From Antedon mediterranea (taxonomy: Eukaryota > Animalia > Echinodermata): 64,000 nt of DNA. The notes beneath the pieces are model-generated. The model saw only the letters and a program-made list of their open reading frames with translations. It searched no databases and was not told the origin of the DNA. This document shows positions 1-13,500 of the stretch, in pieces; the stretch's first letter is position 1, and each line of letters opens with the position of its first letter. The stretch lies in NCBI RefSeq assembly GCF_964355755.1, contig NC_092677.1, positions 21,625,175 to 21,689,174 of the forward strand, read 5' to 3'. The translations under genes and the position numbers were made by a program.

Positions 1-879
1 TGAAGAGCTGATAATAGTCTATTTATATGAAATGGATGATCAACCAATGAAAAATAATGCCATGCAACTTTGTTTCTGATTTTAAAAAAGGTCCACTTGT
101 TTAGGCCTGACATTTACAACCCTCAAAATATCTCACTTTCAAAAACAATATTTATTTTCAATTAAAAAAAAAAAAAATCCCTAGAGGTTCGAACCCACTA
201 CTGAAAGCACTCAAACCTGAGCATTATCCGTTACGCCACAAACCAGTAGATGACTGCGGAGCTGATAATAGTCCATTTATATGAAATGAATGATCAATCA
301 ATGAAAAATAATGCCATGCAACTTTGTTTCTGATTTTAAAAAAGGTCCACTTGTTTAGGCCTGACATTTACAACCCTCAAAATATCTCGCTTTCAAAAAC
401 AATATTTATTTTCAATTAAAAAAAAAAGAAAAAAAATATTAGTAGAGGTTCGAACCCACTACTGCGAGAACTCAAACCTGAGCACTACCGGTTACGCCAC
501 AAACCAGTAGATGACTGAAGAGCTGATAACAGTCTATTTATATGAAATGAATGATCCATCTATGTAAAATGATGTTATGCAACTTTGTTTCTGATTTTTA
601 AAAAAGGTCTACTTGTTTAGGCCTGACATTTACAACCCTCAAAATATCTCACTTTCAAAAACCATATTTATTTTCAATTTAAAAAAAAAAGTATCCCTAG
701 AGGTTCGACCCACTACTCAGAGCACTCAAACCTGAGCATTACTCGTTACGCCACAAACCAGTAGATAACTGAAGAGCTGATAATAGTCTATTTATATGGA
801 ATTAATGATCAATCAATGAAAAATAATGCCATGCAACTTTGTTTCTGATTTTAAAAAAGGTCCACTTGTTTAGGCCTGA

Positions 880-3800
880 CATTTACAACCCTCAAAATAT
901 CTCACTTTCAAAAACAATATTTTTTTCAATAAAAAAAAAAAAAAAAAAATATTCGTGGAGGTTCGAACCCACTACTGCGAGAACTCAAACCTGAGCATTA
1001 CCCGATACGCCTCAAACCAGTAGATGACTGAAGAGCTGATAATACTCTATTTATATGAAATTAATAATAAATCAATGAAAAATAATGCCATGCAACTTTG
1101 TTTCTGATTTTAAAAAAGGTTCACTTGTTTAGGCCTGACATTTACAACCCTCAAAATATCTCACTTTCAAAAACAATATTTATTTTAAATAAAAAAAAGA
1201 AAGAAACAAAATATCCCTAGAGGTTCGACCCACAACTCAGAGCACTCAAACCTGAGCATAACCCTTTACGCCACAAACCAGTAGATGACTGAAGAGCTGA
1301 TAATAGTCTATTTATATGAAATCAATGATCAATCAATGAAAAATAATGCAATGCAACTTTGTTTCTGATTTTAAAAAATATCCATTTGTTTAGGCCTGAC
1401 ATTCACAACCCTAAAAAATATCTCATTTTCAAAAAAAATATTTATTTTCAATAAGAAAAAAAAAAGCAATATCCCTAGAGGTTCGAACCCACTACTGCGA
1501 GAACTCAAACCTGAGCATTACCCGTTACGCCTCAAACCAGTAGATGACTGAAGAGCTGATAATACTCTATTTATATGAAATTAATAATAAATCAATGAAA
1601 AATAATGCCATGCAACTTTGTTTCTGATTTTAAAAAAAGTTCACTTGTTTAGGCCTGACATTTACAACCCTCAAAATATCTCACTTTCAAAAACAATATT
1701 TATTTTAAATAAAAAAAAAAAAAGAAACAAAATATCCGTAGAGGATCGAACCCACTAGTGAGAGCACTCAAACTTGAGCATTACCCGTTACGCCTCAAAC
1801 CAGTAGATGACTGAAGAGCTGCTAATACTCTATTTATATGAAATAAATAATAAATCAATGAAAAATAATGCCATGCAACTTTGTTTCTGATTTTAAAAAA
1901 GGTCCACTTGTTTAGGCCTGACATTTACAACCCTCAAAATATCTCACTTTCAAAAACAATATTTATTTTCAATAAAAAAAAAAAAAAAAAAAAAAATATT
2001 CGTAGAGGTTCGAACCCACTACTGCGAGAACTCAAACCTGAGCATTACCCGTTACGCCTCAAACCAGTAGATGACTGAAGAGCTGATAATACTCTATTTA
2101 TATGAAATTAATAATAAATCAATGAAAAATAATGCCATGCAACTTTGTTTCTGATTTTAAAAAAGGTTCACTTGTTTAGGCCTGACATTTACAACCCTCA
2201 AAATATCTCACTTTCAAAAACAATATTTATTTTAAATAAAAAAAAAAAGAAACAAAATATCCGTAGAGGATCGAACCCACTAGTGAGAGCACTCAAACTT
2301 GAGCATTACCCGTTACGCCACAAACCAGTAGATGACTGAAGAGCTGATAATACTCTATTTATATGAAATAAATAATAAATCAATGAAAAATAATGCCATG
2401 CAACTTTGTTTCTGATTTTAAAAAAGGTCCACTTGTTTAGGCCTGACATTTACAACCCTCAAAATATCTCACTTTCAAAAACAATATTTATTTTCAATAA
2501 AAAAAAAAAAAAAAAAATATTCGTAGAGGTTCGAACCCACTACTGCGAGAACTCAAACCTGAGCATTACCCGTTACGCCTCAAACCAGTAGATGACTGAA
2601 GAGCTGATAATACTCTATTTATATGAAATTAATAATAAATCAATGAAAAATAATGCAATGCAACTTTGTTTCTGATTATAAAAAAGGTTCATTTGTTTAG
2701 GCCTGTCATTTACAACCCTCAAAATATCTCACTTTCAAAAACAATATTTTTTTCAATAAAAAAAAAAAAAAAAAAATATTCGTGGAGGTTCGAACCCACT
2801 ACTGCGAGAACTCAAACCTGAGCATTACCCGATACGCCTCAAACCAGTAGATGACTGAAGAGCTGATAATACTCTATTTATATGAAATTAATAATAAATC
2901 AATGAAAAATAATGCCATGCAACTTTGTTTCTGATTTTAAAAAAGGTTCACTTGTTTAGGCCTGACATTTACAACCCTCAAAATATCTCACTTTCAAAAA
3001 CAATATTTATTTTAAATAAAAAAAAGAAAGAAACAAAATATCCCTAGAGGTTCGACCCACAACTCAGAGCACTCAAACCTGAGCATTACCCGTTACGCCA
3101 CAAACCAGTAGATGACTGAAGAGCTGATAATAGTCTATTTATATGAAATCAATGATCAATCAATGAAAAATAATGCAATGCAACTTTGTTTCTGATTTTA
3201 AAAAATATCCATTTGTTTAGGCCTGACATTCACAACCCTAAAAAATATCTCATTTTCAAAAAAAATATTTATTTTCAATAAGAAAAAAAAAAGCAATATC
3301 CCTAGAGGTTCGAACCCACTACTGCGAGAACTCAAACCTGAGCATTACCCGTTACGCCTCAAACCAGTAGATGACTGAAGAGCTGATAATACTCTATTTA
3401 TATGAAATTAATAATAAATCAATGAAAAATAATGCCATGCAACTTTGTTTCTGATTTTAAAAAAAGTTCACTTGTTTAGGCCTGACATTTACAACCCTCA
3501 AAATATCTCACTTTCAAAAACAATATTTATTTTAAATAAAAAAAAAAAAGAAACAAAATATCCGTAGAGGATCGAACCCACTAGTGAGAGCACTCAAACT
3601 TGAGCATTACCCGTTACGCCTCAAACCAGTAGATGACTGAAGAGCTGCTAATACTCTATTTATATGAAATAAATAATAAATCAATGAAAAATAATGCCAT
3701 GCAACTTTGTTTCTGATTTTAAAAAAGGTCCACTTGTTTAGGCCTGACATTTACAACCCTCAAAATATCTCACTTTCAAAAACAATATTTATTTTCAATA

Positions 3801-4570
3801 AAAAAAAAAAAAAAAAAAAAAATATTCGTAGAGGTTCGAACCCACTACTGCGAGAACTCAAACCTGAGCATTACCCGTTACGCCTCAAACCAGTAGATGA
3901 CTGAAGAGCTGATAATACTCTATTTATATGAAATTAATAATAAATCAATGAAAAATAATGCCATGCAACTTTGTTTCTGATTTTAAAAAAGGTTCACTTG
4001 TTTAGGCCTGACATTTACAACCCTCAAAATATCTCACTTTCAAAAACAATATTTATTTTAAATAAAAAAAAAAAGAAACAAAATATCCGTAGAGGATCGA
4101 ACCCACTAGTGAGAGCACTCAAACTTGAGCATTACCCGTTACGCCACAAACCAGTAGATGACTGAAGAGCTGATAATACTCTATTTATATGAAATAAATA
4201 ATAAATCAATGAAAAATAATGCCATGCAACTTTGTTTCTGATTTTAAAAAAGGTCCACTTGTTTAGGCCTGACATTTACAACCCTCAAAATATCTCACTT
4301 TCAAAAACAATATTTATTTTCAATAAAAAAAAAAAAAAAAAAATATTCGTAGAGGTTCGAACCCACTACTGCGAGAACTCAAACCTGAGCATTACCCGTT
4401 ACGCCTCAAACCAGTAGATGACTGAAGAGCTGATAATACTCTATTTATATGAAATTAATAATAAATCAATGAAAAATAATGCAATGCAACTTTGTTTCTG
4501 ATTATAAAAAAGGTTCATTTGTTTAGGCCTGTCATTTACAACCCTCAAAATATCTCACTTTCAAAAACAA
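880..4570. repeat. Recent tandem duplication of a 7-monomer block (period 1826 bp)
   Basis: Identical ORF artefacts are offset by exactly 1826 (1881/3707, 2145/3971, 2406/4232). Rare SNPs recur at about the same offset (CGTGGAGG at ~954/2781; GATTATAAAA at ~2674/4500). Confidence 0.9.
1974..2102 (-). ncRNA. Representative putative Pol III tRNA-like transcription unit within the satellite monomer (repeated in essentially every monomer)
   Basis: Minus strand: TATAAATA (2102-2095), A-box-like AGGCGTAACGG (2059-2049; TGGCGTAACGG in other variants), B box GGTTCGAACC (2016-2007), then a T-run (1996-1974). There are 45 nt from the A-box start to the TTC of the B box, matching tRNA positions 8-53. 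Transcription is inferred, not shown. Confidence 0.6.
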
Positions 4571-7500
4571 TATTTATTTTAAATAAAAAAAAAAAAAGAA
4601 ACAAAATATCCGTAGAGGATCGAACCCACTAGTGAGAGCACTCATACTTGAGCATTACCCGTTACGCCTCAAACCAGTAGATGACTGAAGAGCTGCTAAT
4701 ACTCTATTTATATGAAATAAATAATAAATCAATGAAAAATAATGCCATGCAACTTTGTTTCTGATTTTAAAAAAGGTCCACTTGTTTAGGCCTGACATTT
4801 ACAACCCTCAAAATATCTCACTTTCAAAAACAATATTTATTTTCAATAAAAAAAAAAAAAAAAAATATTCGTAGAGGTTCGAACCCACTACTGCGAGAAC
4901 TCAAACCTGAGCATTACCCGTTACGCCTCAAACCAGTAGATGACTGAAGAGCTGATAATACTCTATTTATATGAAATTAATAATAAATCAATGAAAAATA
5001 ATGCCATGCAACTTTGTTTCTGATTTTAAAAAAGGTCCACTTGTTTAGGCCTGACATTTACAACCCTCAAAATATCTCGCTTTCAAAAACAATATTTATT
5101 TTCAATTAAAAAAAAAAGAAAAAAAAAATATTAGTAGAGGTTCGAACCCACTACTGCGAGAACTCAAACCTGAGCACTACCGGTTACGCCACAAACCAGT
5201 AGATGACTGAAGAGCTGATAACAGTCTATTTATATGAAATGAATGATCCATCAATGTAAAATGATGTTATGCAACTTTGTTTCTGATTTTTAAAAAAGGT
5301 CCACTTGTTTAGGCCTGACATTTACAACCCTCAAAATATCTCACTTTCAAAAACAATATTTATTTTCAATTTTAAAAAAAAAGAAAAAAAGTATCCCTAG
5401 AGGTTCGACCCACTACTCAGAGCACTCAAACCTGAGCATTACTCGTTACGCCACAAACCAGTAGATAACTGAAGAGCTGATAATAGTCTATTTATATGGA
5501 ATTAATGATCAATCAGTGAAAAATAATGCCATGCAACTTTGTTTCTGATTTTAAAAAAGGTCCACTTGTTTAGGCCTGACATTTACAACCCTCAAAATAT
5601 CTCACTTTCAAAAACAATATTTTTTTCAATAAAAAAAAAAAAAAAAAAAATATTCGTGGAGGTTCGAACCCACTACTGCGAGAACTCAAACCTGAGCATT
5701 ACCCGATACGCCTCAAACCAGTAGATGACTGAAGAGCTGATAATACTCTATTTATATGAAATTAATAATAAATCAATGAAAAATAATGCCATGCAACTTT
5801 GTTTCTGATTTTAAAAAAGGTTCACTTGTTTAGGCCTGACATTTACAACCCTCAAAATATCTCACTTTCAAAAACAATATTTATTTTAAATAAAAAAAAA
5901 GAAAGAAACAAAATATCCCTAGAGGTTCGACCCACTACTCAGAGCACTCAAACCTGAGCATTACCCGTTACGCCACAAACCAGTAGATGACTGAAGAGTT
6001 GATAATAGTCTATTTATATGAAATGAATGATCAATCAATGAAAAATAATGCCATGCAACTTTGTTTCTGATTTTAAAAAATATCCATTTGTTTAGGCCTG
6101 ACATTCACAACCCTAAAAAATATCTCATTTTCAAAAAAAATATTTATTTTCAATAAGAAAAAAAAAAGCAATATCCCTAGAGGTTCGAACCCACTACTGC
6201 GAGAACTCAAACCTGAGCATTACCCGTCACGCCTCAAACCAGTAGATGACTGAAGAGCTGATAATACTCTATTTATATGAAATTAATAATAAATCAATGA
6301 AAAATAATGCCATGCAACTTTGTTTCTGATTTTAAAAAAGGTTCACTTGTTTAGGCCTGACATTTACAACCCTCAAAATATCTCACTTTCAAAAACAATA
6401 TTTATTTTAAATAAAAAAAAAACAAAAAACAAAATATCCGTAGAGGATCGAACCCACTAGTGAGAGCACTCAAACTTGAGCATTACCCGTTACGCCTCAA
6501 ACCAGTAGATGACTGAAGAGCTGCTAATACTCTATTTATATGAAATAAATAATAAATCAATGAAAAATAATGCCATGCAACTTTGTTTCTGATTTTAAAA
6601 AAGGTCCACTTGTTTAGGCCTGACATTTACAACCCTCAAAATATCTCACTTTCAAAAACAATATTTATTTTCAATAAAAAAAAAAAAAAAAAATATTCGT
6701 AGAGGTTCGAACCCACTACTGCGAGAACTCAAACCTGAGCATTACCCGTTACGCCTCAAACCAGTAGATGACTGAAGAGCTGATAATACTCTATTTATAT
6801 GAAATTAATAATAAATCAATGAAAAATAATGCCATGCAACTTTGTTTCTGATTTTAAAAAAGGTTCACTTGTTTAAGCCTGACATTTACAACCCTCAAAA
6901 TATCTCACTTTCAAAAACAATATTTATTTTAAATAAAAAAAAAAAAAGAAACAAAATATCCGTAGAGGATCGAACCCACTAGTGAGAGCACTCAAACTTG
7001 AGCATTACCCGTTACGCCACAAACCAGTAGATGACTGAAGAGCTGATAATACTCTATTTATATGAAATAAATAATAAATCAATGAAAAATAATGCCATGC
7101 AACTTTGTTTCTGATTTTAAAAAAGGTCCACTTGTTTAGGCCTGACATTTACAACCCTCAAAATATCTCACTTTCAAAAACAATATTTATTTTCAATAAA
7201 AAAAAAAAAAAAAAAAAAAATATTCGTAGAGGTTCGAACCCACTACTGCGAGAACTCAAACCTGAGCATTACCCGTTACGCCTCAAACCAGTAGATGACT
7301 GAAGAGCTGATAATACTCTATTTATATGAAATTAATAATAAATCAATGAAAAATAATGCAATTCAACTTTGTTTCTGATTTTAAAAAAGGTTCATTTGTT
7401 TAGGCCTGTCATTTACAACCCTCAAAATATCTCACTTTCAAAAACAATATTTATTTTAAATAAAAAAAAAGAAAAGAAACAAAGTATCCGTAGAGGATCG

Positions 7501-10500
7501 AACCCACTAGTGAGAGCACTCATACTTGAGCATTACCCGTTACGCCTCAAACCAGTAGATGACTGAAGAGCTGCTAATACTCTATTTATATGAAATAAAT
7601 AATAAATCAATGAAAAATAATGCCATGCAACTTTGTTTCTGATTTTAAAAAAGGTCCACTTGTTTAGGCCTGACATTTACAACCCTCAAAATATCTCACT
7701 TTCAAAAACAATATTTATTTTCAATAAAAAAAAAAAAAAAATATTCGTAGAGGTTCGAACCCACTACTGCGAGAACTCAAACCTGAGCATTACCCGTTAC
7801 GCCTCAAACCAGTAGATGACTGAAGAGCTGATAATACTCTATTTATATGAAATTAATAATAAATCAATGAAAAATAATGCCATGCAACTTTGTTTCTGAT
7901 TTTAAAAAAGGTCCACTTGTTTAGGCCTGATATTTACAACCCTCAAAATATCTCGCTTTCAAAAACAATATTTATTTTCAATTAAAAAAAAAAGAAAAAA
8001 AATATTAGTAGAGGTTCGAACCCACTACTGCGAGAACTCAAACCTGAGCACTACCGGTTACGCCACAAACCAGTAGATGACTGAAGAGCTGATAACAGTC
8101 TATTTATATGAAATGAATGATCCATCAATGTAAAATGATGTTATGCAACTTTGTTTCTGATTTTTAAAAAAGGTCCACTTGTTTAGGCCTGACATTTACA
8201 ACCCTCAAAATATCTCACTTTCAAAAACAATATTTATTTTAAATAAAAAAAAAAAAAGAAACAAAATATCCGTAGAGGATCGAACCCACTAGTGAGAGCA
8301 CTCAAACTTGAGCATTACCCGTTACGCCACAAACCAGTAGATGACTGAAGAGCTGATAATACTCTATTTATATGAAATAAATAATAAATCAATGAAAAAT
8401 AATGCCATGCAACTTTGTTTCTGATTTTAAAAAAGGTCCACTTGTTTAGGCCTGACATTTATTACCCTCAAAATATCTCACTTTCAAAAAAAATATTTAT
8501 TTTCAATAAAAAAAAAAAAAAAAAAATATTCGTAGAGGTTCGAACCCACTACTGCGAGAACTCAAACCTGAGCATTACCCGTTACGCCTCAAACCAGTAG
8601 ATGACTGAAGAGCTGATAATACTCTATTTATATGAAATTAATAATAAATCAATGAAAAATAATGCAATGCAACTTTGTTTCTGATTTTAAAAAAGGTTCA
8701 TTTGTTTAGGCCTGTCATTTACAACCCTCAAAATATCTCACTTTCAAAAACAATATTTATTTTAAATAAAAAAAAAAAAACAAACAAAATATCCGTAGAG
8801 GATCGAACCCACTAGTGAGAGCACTCATACTTGAGCATTACCCGTTACGCCTCAAACCAGTAGATGACTGAAGAGCTGATAATAGTCTATTTTATATGAA
8901 ATGAATGATCAATCAATGAAAAATAATGCCATGCAACTTTGTTTCTGATTTTAAAAAAGGTCCACTTGTTTAGGCCTGACATTTACAACCCTCAAAATAT
9001 CTCACTTTCAAAAACAATATTTATTTTAAAATAAAAAAAAAAAAAAAATATTCGTAGAGGTTCGAACCCACTACTGCGAGAACTCAAACCTGAGCATTAC
9101 CCGTTACGTCTCAAACCAGTAGATGACTGAAGAGCTGATAATACTCTATTTATATGAAATTAATAATAAATCAATGAAAAATAATGCCATGCAACATTGT
9201 TTCTGATTTTAAAAAAGGTTCACTTGTTTAGGCCTGACTTTTACAACCCTCAAAATATCTCACTTTCAAAAACAATATTTATTTTAAATAAAAAAAAAAA
9301 AGAAACAAAATATCCGTAGAGGATCGAACCCACTAGTGAGAGCACTCAAACTTGAGCATTACCCGTTACGCCACAAACCAGTAGATGACTGAAGAGCTGA
9401 TAATACTCTATTTATATGAAATAAATAATAAATCAATGAAAAATAATGCCATGCAACTTTGTTTCTGATTTTAAAAAAGGTCCACTTGTTTAGGCCTGAC
9501 ATTTACAACCCTCAAAATATCTCACTTTCAAAAACAATATTTATTTTCAATAAAAAAAAAAAAAAAAAAAATATTCGTAGAGGTTCGAACCCACTACTGC
9601 GAGAACTCAAACCTGAGCATTACCCGTTACGCCTCAAACCAGTAGATGACTGAAGAGCTGATAATACTCTATTTATATGAAATTAATAATAAATCAATGA
9701 AAAATAATGCAATGCAACTTTGTTTCTGATTTTAAAAAAGGTTCATTTGTTTAGGCCTGTCATTTACAACCCTCAAAATATCTCACCTTCAAAAAAAATA
9801 TTTATTTTCAATAAAAAAAAAAATAGAAAAGAAATATCCCTAGAGGTTCGAACCCACTACTGCGAGCACTCAAACTTGAGCATTACCCGTTACGCCTCAA
9901 ACCAGTAGATGACTGAAGTGCTGATAATACTCTATTTATATGAAATGAATAATAAATCAATGAAAAATAATGCCATGCAACTTTGTTTCTGATTTTAAAA
10001 AAGGTTCCCTTGTTTAGGCCTGACATTTACAACCCTCAAAATATCTCACCTTCAAAAACAATATTTATTTTCAAATAAAAAAAAAAGAAAAAAAATATCC
10101 CTAGAAGTTCGAACCCACTATTGAAATCACTCAAACCTGAGCATTAACCGTTCGCCGCAAACCATTTTATGACTGAAGAGCTGCTAATAGTCTATTAATA
10201 TGAAATGGATGATCAATCAATGAAAAATAATGCCATGCAACTTTGTTTCTGATTTTAAAAAAGGTTCACTTGTTTAGGCCTGACAGTTGCAACCCTCAAA
10301 ATATCTCACTTTCAAAAACAATATTTATTTTCAATTAAAAAAAAAAGAAAAAAAAATACCCGTATAGGTTCGAACCCACTACTGAGGGCACTCAAACCTG
10401 AGCATTACACGTTACGCCACAAACCAGTAGATGACTGAGGAGCTGATAATAGTCTATATATATGAAATGAATGAACAATCAATGAAAAATAATGCCATGC

Positions 10501-13500
10501 AACTTTGTTTCTGATTGAAAAAAATGTTCACTTGTTTAGGCCTGACATTTACAAACCTCAAAATATCTCACTTTCAAAAACAATATTTATTTTCAAATAA
10601 AAAAAAAAAAAAAAAATATCCCTAGAAGTTCGAACCCACTATTGAAATCACTCAAAACTGAGCATTACCCGTTACGCCGCAAACCAGTATATAACTGAAG
10701 AGCTGATAATAGTCTATTTATATGAAATGGATGATCAACCAATGAAAAATAATGCCATGCAACTTTGTTTCTGATTTTAAAAAAGGTCCACTTGTTTAGG
10801 CCTGACATTTACAACCCTCAAAATATCTCACTTTCAAAAACAATATTTATTTTCAATTTAAAAAAAAAAAATCCCTAGAGGTTCGAACCCACTACTGAAA
10901 ACACTCAAACCTGAGCATTATCCGTTACGCCACAAACCAGTAGATGACTGCGGAGCTGATAATAGTCCATTTATATGAAATGAATGATCAATCAATGAAA
11001 AATAATGCCATGCAACTTTGTTTCTGATTTTAAAAAAGGTCCACTTGTTTAGGCCTGACATTTACAACCCTCAAAATATCTCACTTTCAAAAACAATATT
11101 TATTTTCAATAAAAAAAAAAAAAAAAAAAATATTCGTAGAGGTTCGAACCCACTACTGCGAGAACTCAAACCTGAGCATTACCCGTTACGCCTCAAACCA
11201 GTAGATGACTGAAGAGCTGATAATACTCTATTTATATGAAATTAATAATAAATCAATGAAAAATAATGCCATGCAACTTTGTTTCTGATTTTAAAAAAGG
11301 TCCACTTGTTTAGGCCTGACATTTACAACCCTCAAAATATCTCACTTTCAAAAACAATATTTATTTTCAATAAAAAAAAAAAAAAAAAAAATATTCGTAG
11401 AGGTTCGAACCCACTACTGCGAGAACTCAAACCTGAGCATTACCCGTTACGCCTCAAACCAGTAGATGACTGAAGAGCTGATAATACTCTATTTATATGA
11501 AATTAATAATAAATCTATGAAAAATAATGCCATGCAACTTTGTTTCTGATTTTAAAAAAGGTTCACTTGTTTAGGCCTGACATTTACAACCCTCAAAATA
11601 TCTCACTTTCAAAAACAATATTTATTTTAAATAAAAAAAAAAAAAGAAACAAAATATCCGTAGAGGATCGAACCCACTAGTGAGAGCACTCAAACTTGAG
11701 CATTACCCGTTACGCCACAAACCAGTAGATGACTGAAGAGCTGATAATACTCTATTTATATGAAATAAATAATAAATCAATGAAAAATAATGCCATGCAA
11801 CTTTGTTTCTGATTTTAAAAAAGGTCCACTTGTTTAGGCCTGACATTTACAACCCTCAAAATATCTCACTTTCAAAAACAATATTTATTTTCAATAAAAA
11901 AAAAAAAAAAAAAATATTCGTAGAGGTTCGAACCCACTACTGCGAGAACTCAAACCTGAGCATTACCCGTTACGCCTCAAACCAGTAGATGACTGAAGAG
12001 CTGATAATACTCTATTTATATGAAATTAATAATAAATCAATGAAAAATAATGCAATGCAACTTTGTTTCTGATTTTAAAAAAGGTTCATTTGTTTAGGCC
12101 TGTCATTTACAACCCTCAAAATATCTCACCTTCAAAAAAAATATTTATTTTCAATAAAAAAAAAAAGAAAAGAAATATCCCTAGAGGCTCGAACCCACTA
12201 CTGCGAGCACTCAAACTTGAGCATTACCCGTTATGCCTCAGACCAGTAGATGACTGAAGAGCTGATAATACTCTATTTATATGAAATAAATAATAAATCA
12301 ATCAAAAATAATGCCATGCAACTTTGTTTCTGATTTTAAAAAAGGTTCACTTGTTTAGGCCTGACATTTACAACCCTAAAAATATCTCACCTTCAAAAAC
12401 AATATTTATTTTCAAATAAAAAAAAAAGAAAAAAAATATCCCTAGAAGTTCGAACCCACTATTGAAATCACTCAAACCTGAGCATTAACCGTTCGCCGCA
12501 AACCATTTTATGACTGAAGAGCTGATAATAGTCTATTAATATGAAATGGATGATCAATCAATGAAAAATAATGCCATGCAACTTTGTTTCTGATTTTTAA
12601 AAAGGTTCACTTGTTTAGGCCTGACAGTTGCAACCCTAAAAATATCTCACTTTCAAAAACAATATTTATTTTCAATTAAAAAAAAAAGAAAAAAAAATAC
12701 CCGTATAGGTTCGAACCCACTACTGAGAGCACTCAAACCTGAGCATTACACGTTACGCCACAAACCAGTAGATGACTGAGGAGCTGATAATAGTCTATAT
12801 ATATGAAATAAATGATCAATCAATGAAAAATAATGCCATGCAACTTTGTTTCTGATTGAAAAAAATGTTCACTTGTTTAGGCCTGACATTTACAACCCTC
12901 AAAATATCTCACTTTCAAAAACAATATTTATTTTCAAATAAAAAAAAAAAAAAAAAATATCCCTAGAAGTTCGAACCCACTATTGAAATTACTCAAAACT
13001 GAGCATTACCCGTTACGCCGCAAACCAGTATATAACTGAAGAGCTGATAATAGTCTATTTATATGAAATGGATGATCAACCAATGAAAAATAATGCCATG
13101 CAACTTTGTTTCTGATTTTAAAAAAGGTTCACTTGTTTAGGCCTGACATTTACAACCCTAAAAATATCTCACTTTCAAAAACAATATTTATTTTCAATTT
13201 AAAAAAGAAAATCCCTAGAGGTTCGAACCCACTACTGAGAGAACTCAAACCTGAGCATTATCCGTTACGCCACCAACCAGTAGGTGACTGAGGAGCTGAT
13301 AATAGTCTATTTATATGAAATAAATGATCAATCAATGAAAAATAATGCCATGCAACTTTGTTTCTGATTTTAAAAAAGGTTCACTTGTTTTGGCCTGACA
13401 TTTACAACCCTCAAAATATCTCACTTTCAAAAACAATATTTTTTCAATTAAAAAAAAAAAAGAAATAAAATATCAGTAGAGGTTCGAACCCTCTATTGAA

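Noticed and set aside
1295-1345. Possible hammerhead ribozyme in the monomer (CTGAAGAG/CTGAGGAG ... GAAA on the plus strand), as in some animal satellites
   Set aside because: Stem II between CTGANGA and GAAA does not pair convincingly, and I found no stem I/III partners with an NUH site. An Infernal/RNAmotif search of a monomer dimer would settle it.
1997-2066. Functional tRNA (e.g. Leu-GAG by position) in each monomer
   Set aside because: The acceptor and anticodon stems do not pair and the T stem is only partial. Only the promoter boxes and a D-stem are tRNA-like.
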